Assembly (NCBI GenBank): GCA_040752695.1
Contig: JBFMGO010000098.1
Coordinates: 1 to 23,030, forward strand
DNA length: 23,030 bases
Direction: 5' to 3'
Source of the DNA: a bacterium
Lineage (GTDB): Bacteria; SZUA-182; DTGQ01
Shown here: positions 17,407-23,030 of the stretch, in pieces
How the letters are laid out: each line of letters starts with the position of its first letter
Position numbering within the stretch: position 1 is the stretch's first letter
Notes under the pieces: model-generated
Seen by the model: only the letters and a program-made list of their open reading frames with translations
Database searches by the model: none
What the model was told of the DNA's origin: nothing
Translations under genes and position numbers: made by a program

Positions 17407-17544
17407 TGTTGTGAATTTCGAAACCTGTTGTGAATTACGGGCAGCCACACCATAAGCAAGTCTGCAAAAGATCTTTAAGCAATGATGATCTATGTAAGCA
17501 ATGAATATCTGTTTATCTGTCAGAAATCTGTTTATCTGTCAGAA
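17407..17544. repeat. Cluster of short direct repeats, all with 19-bp period
   Basis: tgttgtgaatt at 17407 and 17426; taagcaatga at 17476 and 17495; perfect tandem atctgtttatctgtcagaa at 17507 and 17526. Confidence 0.8.
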
Positions 17545-18068
17545 TCCACGTATCAATGAGAATCTACTTAATCTATGAAGATCTATAATAAGAATACAAA
17601 GAAATTACCGGAACATTCAAGAAAAAGAGAAAATAGATAAGAAAAAAAATTGATAAGATAGAAAAGACGAAGACGCTGGAGCAGATAAAGAGCATCCCTT
17701 CGATCCCCCACGATTGGCTATTGTCATAAACGACGAAAGAAGGCAAGGATCTCTTACGTTTTCAAGAGGGTATTTAAAAAAATGCTACGCCGCAGAATTT
17801 ACGGCATAGCCTGTGAAATAAAAAGTGCGAATTCAAATATTGATTTTTGCATTTATGGGGGAACCCTATGAGTAAAGCATAAACAGGGAGACAGGAGTCC
17901 TTAAAATCCTGCCTCTGACATGAATTATCCCTTCTGGTGGGCTGTACGATCCGCACACTGCGGGTTAGGCTAACAGCAGCCTGTATTCACTTTACCTGGC
18001 TGATGCCCATGTGCATTGGCCGGATTTTTATTTTCCGGGCAGACATAAAGGCTACGAAGAGACTTGAA

Positions 18069-18515
18069 CCGTGATTCCGCACCACCTAAATAAAATTTGG
18101 CATTTATGCATAATAATCTTGATAGTCCAAGAGGTTGATAATTTGCCAGTGTTTCTCTTCGAGGTTTAGCACCCTCAGACACTGTTATCCATTATAGAGT
18201 ACATGGATCCCCACAAACCAGTGGAAAATCCATCGAGCGGTGGGACGGTGGTTTTTTGACCTGATTGAGGACGGTGGTCCCCTGCTCTCGCAAGCCCTTT
18301 CGTAGGCGATACTCCAAGTGCGGCATACACCATCAAACACAGGGTCATAATCATCAATAGAGCCATAATCCTCTCTGGTTTTTTGAGAAAGAGAGCACTG
18401 GCTAAGAACTCAGGATTCTTAAAGAAGCGGAATCCTTTTTCCACATGGCTTGACCTTTATACCCTTGGAGCACATCTGGAGCTGGGAGCTTTTTTGAGTC
18501 TAGTTCATTTGTCGC
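18069..18515 (-). mobile_element. Decayed IS1634-family element (right end only)
   Basis: Transposase remnant followed on the minus strand by ggtgcggaatcacgg (ending 18069), which resembles the TGCGGAAT....GG right ends I associate with this family. The left end and most of the gene are missing. Confidence 0.6.
18104..18515 (-). pseudogene. IS1634-family transposase C-terminal remnant with frameshifts and an internal stop
   Basis: Stitching minus-strand frames gives ATNELDSKKLPAPDVLQGYKGQ / HVEKGFRFFKNPEFLASALFLKKPERIMALLMIMTLCLMVYAAL / EYRLRKGLREQGTTVLNQVKKP / RPTARWIFHWFVGIHVLYNG*QCLRVLNLEEKHWQIINLLDYQDYYA*. This matches the recognisable IS1634 C-terminal pattern. Confidence 0.85.
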
Positions 18516-18743
18516 TCCGCTTCTTTTTTCCCATGACCAATCCCCCCTTTATCAATTTGTTCGATGGAGGATAGGTCATACATCAATTTATTGCCGGCAA
18601 ATGCTTACCACAAAATATGGGGGAGTCCGAATAATAATCTTTCCACCTAATTAACGATAAGTATATTTTAAAGGACACACACCGCATCTGTATGTATCCC
18701 GATTCCCGCAAAATAGGAGGTACAAAACAGAGAGGAGATAAAT

Positions 18744-20030
18744 ATGGACCGGGATAGAACAGGTTATTGTATTGATAGCACTAAACTGAAAATAAGGAAA
18801 ATTGTTCTCCCCCTTCCCCTAAAATTTAGAGTAATAAATTTGGCCGGTGGAATACTTACCCGGTTTGGTTTATTTCAGCAAATTCTCTCAGTAGACTCTA
18901 TGCTTGATGAGGCTCAAAGCCAGACTGGTCTATCCGACTGGGGAGATGAAAGCTTCTTACCCCCCCTACGCATGCTGACTGATCCTGATATGGAAAAGTT
19001 TAAATTGACTTTGGTGGGCAAAGCGATGCTCCGGTGGAATTTAGTTAACTGCCTGAAAAATAGATTACTTATCCAGGAAGAAATAAAACGTCATCCTGAA
19101 ATCATAGAACAAACTATTAAGCGGCCCTTGTTTATTGCCGGTCTACCCCGGACAGGCACAACTCTTCTGCAGAATCTCTTGTCTCAGGATCCCTTCTGCC
19201 GCCCGCTCCTTTACTGGGAAGCATTAAGTCCAGCGCCTTCACCCGATCCGCAGACTTACGAAGTAGATCCACGTATAGCTAAGACAGAAAAGCAAATCGC
19301 GTCTTCTTTTAAATTATTCCCTCAATATAAGGCTATTCATCCTTCCGGCGCCAGAAAGCCTGAAGAATGCATGTATCTTTTGAAGAATACCTTTTTTGAA
19401 CCAACAGCTTTTAGGCTACTGGCAAACTTCCCTCAATATATAGAATGGCAAAAAGAACAAAGCATGATCCCAGCATACCAATATTATCGTCAGCAACTTC
19501 AAATACTTCAGTGGAAGTTCCCGCCGGCTCATTGGGTTCTTAAGGCCCCCGTACACCTTATCTATTTAGATGCGTTATTGGCTGTTTTTCCTAATGCTCG
19601 GGTAATTCAAATACACCGAGATCCTCAAAAAGTTGTTCCTTCCTTTTTAAGCCTTTTAGGCAAATCACTAGGGGCGGGCAACAAGTTTGACGGGAAGGCT
19701 TTTGCGGAATTATCAGAGACAGTGATAGATTCAATGCAAACTATACTGGAACGTGCTATTGATATTCGTAGCCGTGCTGATACCGGTCGCTTCTTTGATG
19801 TATATTATAAAGAGCTTATAGAAAACCCAATTGGCGTTATTCGCCGGATTTACAAATCCTTTGATTATAAATTTGATAGCCGTTTCAAGGATCGGATTAT
19901 TGCCTGGTTGAATGAAAATCCGCAGGGAAAATATGGAGAGCATAGGTATTCACTGGAGCAGTTTGCTCTGAAACCGGAAACATTAAAAAGCCGCTTCGCG
20001 ACATATTATAAGCAGTTCGCTCTTATATAG
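18744..20030 (+). CDS. PAPS-dependent sulfotransferase (Sulfotransfer_3-like)
   Basis: 5'-PSB loop FIAGLPRTGTTLLQNLL, WVLKAPVH, 3'-PB motif IHRDP..VVPS, YKELIENP, C-terminal GEHRYSLEQFAL. RBS AGAGGAG. Confidence 0.92.
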   Translation: MDRDRTGYCIDSTKLKIRKIVLPLPLKFRVINLAGGILTRFGLFQQILSVDSMLDEAQSQTGLSDWGDESFLPPLRMLTDPDMEKFKLTLVGKAMLRWNLVNCLKNRLLIQEEIKRHPEIIEQTIKRPLFIAGLPRTGTTLLQNLLSQDPFCRPLLYWEALSPAPSPDPQTYEVDPRIAKTEKQIASSFKLFPQYKAIHPSGARKPEECMYLLKNTFFEPTAFRLLANFPQYIEWQKEQSMIPAYQYYRQQLQILQWKFPPAHWVLKAPVHLIYLDALLAVFPNARVIQIHRDPQKVVPSFLSLLGKSLGAGNKFDGKAFAELSETVIDSMQTILERAIDIRSRADTGRFFDVYYKELIENPIGVIRRIYKSFDYKFDSRFKDRIIAWLNENPQGKYGEHRYSLEQFALKPETLKSRFATYYKQFALI

Positions 20031-20051
20031 GAGCCATCACATCTTTTCTTT

Positions 20052-20120
20052 GTCATTCCCGCGAAGGCTTAGAATCCAGAAGCCCTGGTATACTGGATTC
20101 TAAGCCTTCGCGGGAATGAC
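20052..20120. repeat. Perfect 28-bp inverted repeat; REP-like (GTCATTCCCGCG..GGC...AATCCAG type) doublet
   Basis: gtcattcccgcgaaggcttagaatccag (20052-20079), 13-nt loop, ctggattctaagccttcgcgggaatgac (20093-20120). Lies just downstream of the sulfotransferase stop. Confidence 0.85.
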
Positions 20121-20304
20121 GGGATTTGAAGCCTTTGGTGTGTTATCTTATAAATATGAGCGAAGCAGTTTCAAATTTCCTGATCCTATTCTTATCAAGG
20201 TTAGTAAAATGTATTTATTATGTCAGCCATATTTGAAAAAAATAAAGATATATATACTAAGTTGAATATTTTAGAGCTAAAAATAAAAATGGATCTTTTA
20301 TTCT

Positions 20305-22851
20305 ATGGTTTTTAAAAGTCTCGTTGAAGCGATAAGGTATTATAAAACGTGCACCTGGAATGGTATAACTTTTATATCTGGAGGAAAAGATGAATTATTT
20401 ATTTCATACGCAAATCTTTACAATAAGGCACTATCCATTCTCTACTCTCTTCAACAGAAAGGATTGAAACCAGGTGATGAATTAGTATTTCAGCTTTCTA
20501 ATAATTATGACTTTGTATCGGTTTTCTGGGCCTGCCTGCTCGGGAAGATTATTCCCGTACCTTTATCAATAGGTAATAATGATGACAATAAATCCAAACT
20601 ATTTAATATCTGGAAAATTTTAACAAATCCTTACCTGATTACCTCTAAAGATAGTTTAAATAAAAGTTCCAAAGATAGCATTGCCGAATTAAAAAGAAAA
20701 TTAATTTTTATAGAAGATATGGAAAACAAAGACAAAGCAGGGAAATATTTTTCTCCCAAGGGATCTGATATAGCTTTCATTCAATTTTCATCCGGCTCAA
20801 CAGGTGATCCAAAAGGTGTTATCTTAACCCATAAAAACATATTAACTAATATAAAGGCAATGCGCAAAGGTATCAAATCTCCCGACACAGGAGATGTTTC
20901 CTTAAGCTGGATGCCTCTTACTCATGATATGGGCCTGATTGGCTTCCATTTAGGTCCAATGTGCCATGGCTGGGATCAATATTTAATGCCGACGTCTCTT
21001 TTCATAAGGAACCCTTCTCTATGGTTAAGCAAGATTTCAGAGCATAAAATTACTTTGACCTCCTCACCCAATTTCGGTTATAAGCATGTTTTAGGGCATT
21101 TTAAAGAAAGAAAATATAAAGACCTTGATCTATCATCAGTGCGAGTTATAGTGAATGGAGCCGAGCCCATTTCAGTAGAATTATGCAATTCATTTCTTGA
21201 TAAATTGGATCCATTTGGGCTGAAAAGAAATACCATTACCCCCGCTTATGGCCTTGCAGAAGCAAGTTTAGCTGTTACCTTTTCTGATCCGGACGAGAAA
21301 ATCATACCTGTCAAAGTAGATAGAAATAAACTGGGTGTGGGAAGCAAAGTTACCAAACCGCTTAAGATTGAAAATAAGGCTTATTTTCTAGACGTAGGTT
21401 CCCCGGTTGAGAATTGTTATCTGCGGATAGTTGATGATTGTAATAGAGAGTTTTCCGACGGATTTGTCGGGCACATACAGATCAAGGGAGATAATGTAAC
21501 TTCGGGTTACTATAATAACAAAAAAGCTACCTTAGAAGCTGTTACTGTTGATGGGTGGCTTAATACAGGAGATCTTGGTTTTTTAAGAAATAATCATCTG
21601 GTAATCACGGGCAGGACTAAAGATATTTTGTTTATAAACGGACAGAATTTTTATTCTCACGACTTAGAAAAAATAGCTGAAGATGTTAAAGGCATTGAGT
21701 TAGGAAAAGTTGCCGTTGCAGGCCATTTTAATGAGGCGACAAACAAAGATGAAATAATTGTATTTGTCCTTTTTCGAGGTAATTTGGAAGGTTTTATCCC
21801 TATTGCCTTAAGTTGTAAAAAACATTTTAGCCAACAGGCTGGTATAAGCATAGATAGAATTATTCCCGTAAATAACTTACCGAAAACAACGAGTGGAAAA
21901 CTTCAAAGATACAAGCTCATAGAAAAATACAAAAATGGTGAATTTGACCAAGTTCTAGACAAAATTGAAAAAATGCTCAAAGGAAAAGCTGCTTTGGACC
22001 TGTCAGATAATGCACAATCAGAAATTGCAAGGAAGCTTGCCCTAATATGGAAGCAGGTTACTCATCGAAATGCAATTAGTATAAACGACAATTTTTTTCA
22101 ACTTGGCGCTACCTCAATAATCCTTGCTCAGGTACACGCTGCCATTGAACAGGAGTATCCGAATAAAGTAGGAATAACTGACTTTTTTACTTATCCTACC
22201 ATAGCCAAATTATCTCAATTTATTCAAAACGGACTCATAACAGAAGCCAGAAATAGCTTGATCGAGTATATTTCACTGCCTCCGGAATTTTTCAAGGATA
22301 ATCACGATATAGAAAAGGAAACCCGATTAATATTCAAAATCACTTCCAAACTGAATAATAAAATCTTAAAAATGGTGAAAGAGGGAAATGTTTTCGATGA
22401 CGACTTCTACCTGTCCTTACTTATTTACCTGGTCTTACAGATATCAAAAAACAGCAATATCAGGCTTCAAACCGCATTCTCTGAAGAGAATACTATTACA
22501 ACCCATATATTTTCAATCTGTGGGTTTTCTGATTTTTTCGCTTTATTGAAATTTATCAAAAAAGAGCGGCTGAAAAATGAAAAGGCCATAAGATTAAATG
22601 CCAGATACATTTCAAAAATTAACTTCGAAATACCTGAAAGGGAAGCAAGTATATTAGTTTATAATACTAGACTACTAAAAGATAACATCAAGCTACTTGC
22701 TCTCTATGATATATTAATAGGACTCGTGAAAGAAAGCCAAGGACCCAAAATCATCTTTGAGTATAATGCCTCAAGAATAAAGAGAAACGCCATAAAGCAG
22801 CTTGCAGTAAGATATCTGAGTATCATAGAAACAATTACCGAACAGATATAA
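20305..22851 (+). CDS. FAAL-like adenylation domain + carrier (PCP/ACP) domain + degenerate condensation-like C-terminal region (NRPS/PKS loading-module type)
   Basis: FIQFSSGSTGDPKG, SWMPLTHDMGLIG, NGAEPI, YGLAEASLAV followed by a FAAL-type insertion, WLNTGDLGF, GRTKD, LPKTTSGKLQR. Carrier motif NFFQLGATS (Ser 22114-22116) and DFFTYPTIAKL. C-terminal FEYNAS..K...IKQL...YL resembles a condensation-domain end. Confidence 0.88.
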   Translation: MVFKSLVEAIRYYKTCTWNGITFISGGKDELFISYANLYNKALSILYSLQQKGLKPGDELVFQLSNNYDFVSVFWACLLGKIIPVPLSIGNNDDNKSKLFNIWKILTNPYLITSKDSLNKSSKDSIAELKRKLIFIEDMENKDKAGKYFSPKGSDIAFIQFSSGSTGDPKGVILTHKNILTNIKAMRKGIKSPDTGDVSLSWMPLTHDMGLIGFHLGPMCHGWDQYLMPTSLFIRNPSLWLSKISEHKITLTSSPNFGYKHVLGHFKERKYKDLDLSSVRVIVNGAEPISVELCNSFLDKLDPFGLKRNTITPAYGLAEASLAVTFSDPDEKIIPVKVDRNKLGVGSKVTKPLKIENKAYFLDVGSPVENCYLRIVDDCNREFSDGFVGHIQIKGDNVTSGYYNNKKATLEAVTVDGWLNTGDLGFLRNNHLVITGRTKDILFINGQNFYSHDLEKIAEDVKGIELGKVAVAGHFNEATNKDEIIVFVLFRGNLEGFIPIALSCKKHFSQQAGISIDRIIPVNNLPKTTSGKLQRYKLIEKYKNGEFDQVLDKIEKMLKGKAALDLSDNAQSEIARKLALIWKQVTHRNAISINDNFFQLGATSIILAQVHAAIEQEYPNKVGITDFFTYPTIAKLSQFIQNGLITEARNSLIEYISLPPEFFKDNHDIEKETRLIFKITSKLNNKILKMVKEGNVFDDDFYLSLLIYLVLQISKNSNIRLQTAFSEENTITTHIFSICGFSDFFALLKFIKKERLKNEKAIRLNARYISKINFEIPEREASILVYNTRLLKDNIKLLALYDILIGLVKESQGPKIIFEYNASRIKRNAIKQLAVRYLSIIETITEQI

Positions 22852-22948
22852 CCGGCACCTCCCATTTTTCTTCCTGCTGTCCCTTTACAATTTATTTTTT
22901 CTCATCCGTGCTTCCGCACCCCCGATAATAGTTTTTAGATTTTTTTAC

Positions 22949-23025
22949 TTGACCAATAATCGCTGATTTCATACTGTGGTATAGTGCCATGTTGATGTAT
23001 CATTTGCAACCAGCCATAAGGGGGG
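22949..23025 (+). promoter_or_regulatory. Candidate sigma70-type promoter and RBS for a gene starting just beyond the window
   Basis: TTGACC (22949-22954), 17-bp spacer, TACTGT; an overlapping extended -10 TGgTATAGT (22977-22985); purine-rich AAGGGGGG at 23018-23025. Confidence 0.45.
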
Positions 23026-23030
23026 AAAGC

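Noticed and set aside
17400..17660. CRISPR array or replication-origin iterons
   Set aside because: Each repeat occurs only twice, with no constant repeat/unique spacer pattern, and no cas or rep gene is nearby.
17680..18068. Riboswitch or ncRNA in the long intergenic region
   Set aside because: Only short, weak stems are visible and I could not match c-di-GMP, cobalamin or SAM riboswitch consensus motifs. An Rfam/Infernal scan would be decisive.

Overview
Bacterial (diderm, probably anaerobic) accessory region with three blocks. (1) 1-12291 (+): a tightly linked specialised fatty-acid/lipid gene cluster. It encodes an FtsX/MacB-type ABC permease (cut at the window edge), a SAM methyltransferase, two tandem-duplicated crotonases, a cobalamin-binding radical SAM enzyme, an atypical ACP, a FabF-type ketosynthase, a nitroreductase-fold flavoprotein, a LolA-like protein, an outer-membrane beta-barrel, an atypical FabD-like acyltransferase lacking the malonyl-binding Arg, and a 3-hydroxyacyl-CoA-dehydrogenase-fold enzyme with an NADP(H)-type signature. 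No FabG/FabZ/FabI/FabH is present in the window. My best candidate for an undescribed system is an ACP-dependent elongation/methylation pathway built from beta-oxidation-fold enzymes, with its own export route. (2) 12327-17237 (-): a 1636-aa secreted protein with three [8-blade PQQ-like propeller + Cys-rich/Kazal] modules, MopE-like repeats, a cohesin and a dockerin. (3) 17238-23030: an intergenic region with 19-bp-period duplications, a decayed IS1634 transposase, a sulfotransferase, a REP-like 28-bp inverted repeat, and an AT-rich FAAL-like adenylation/carrier/degenerate-condensation gene. A promoter-like motif and RBS then point to a gene beyond the window. All calls come from reading motifs by eye; no searches were run.
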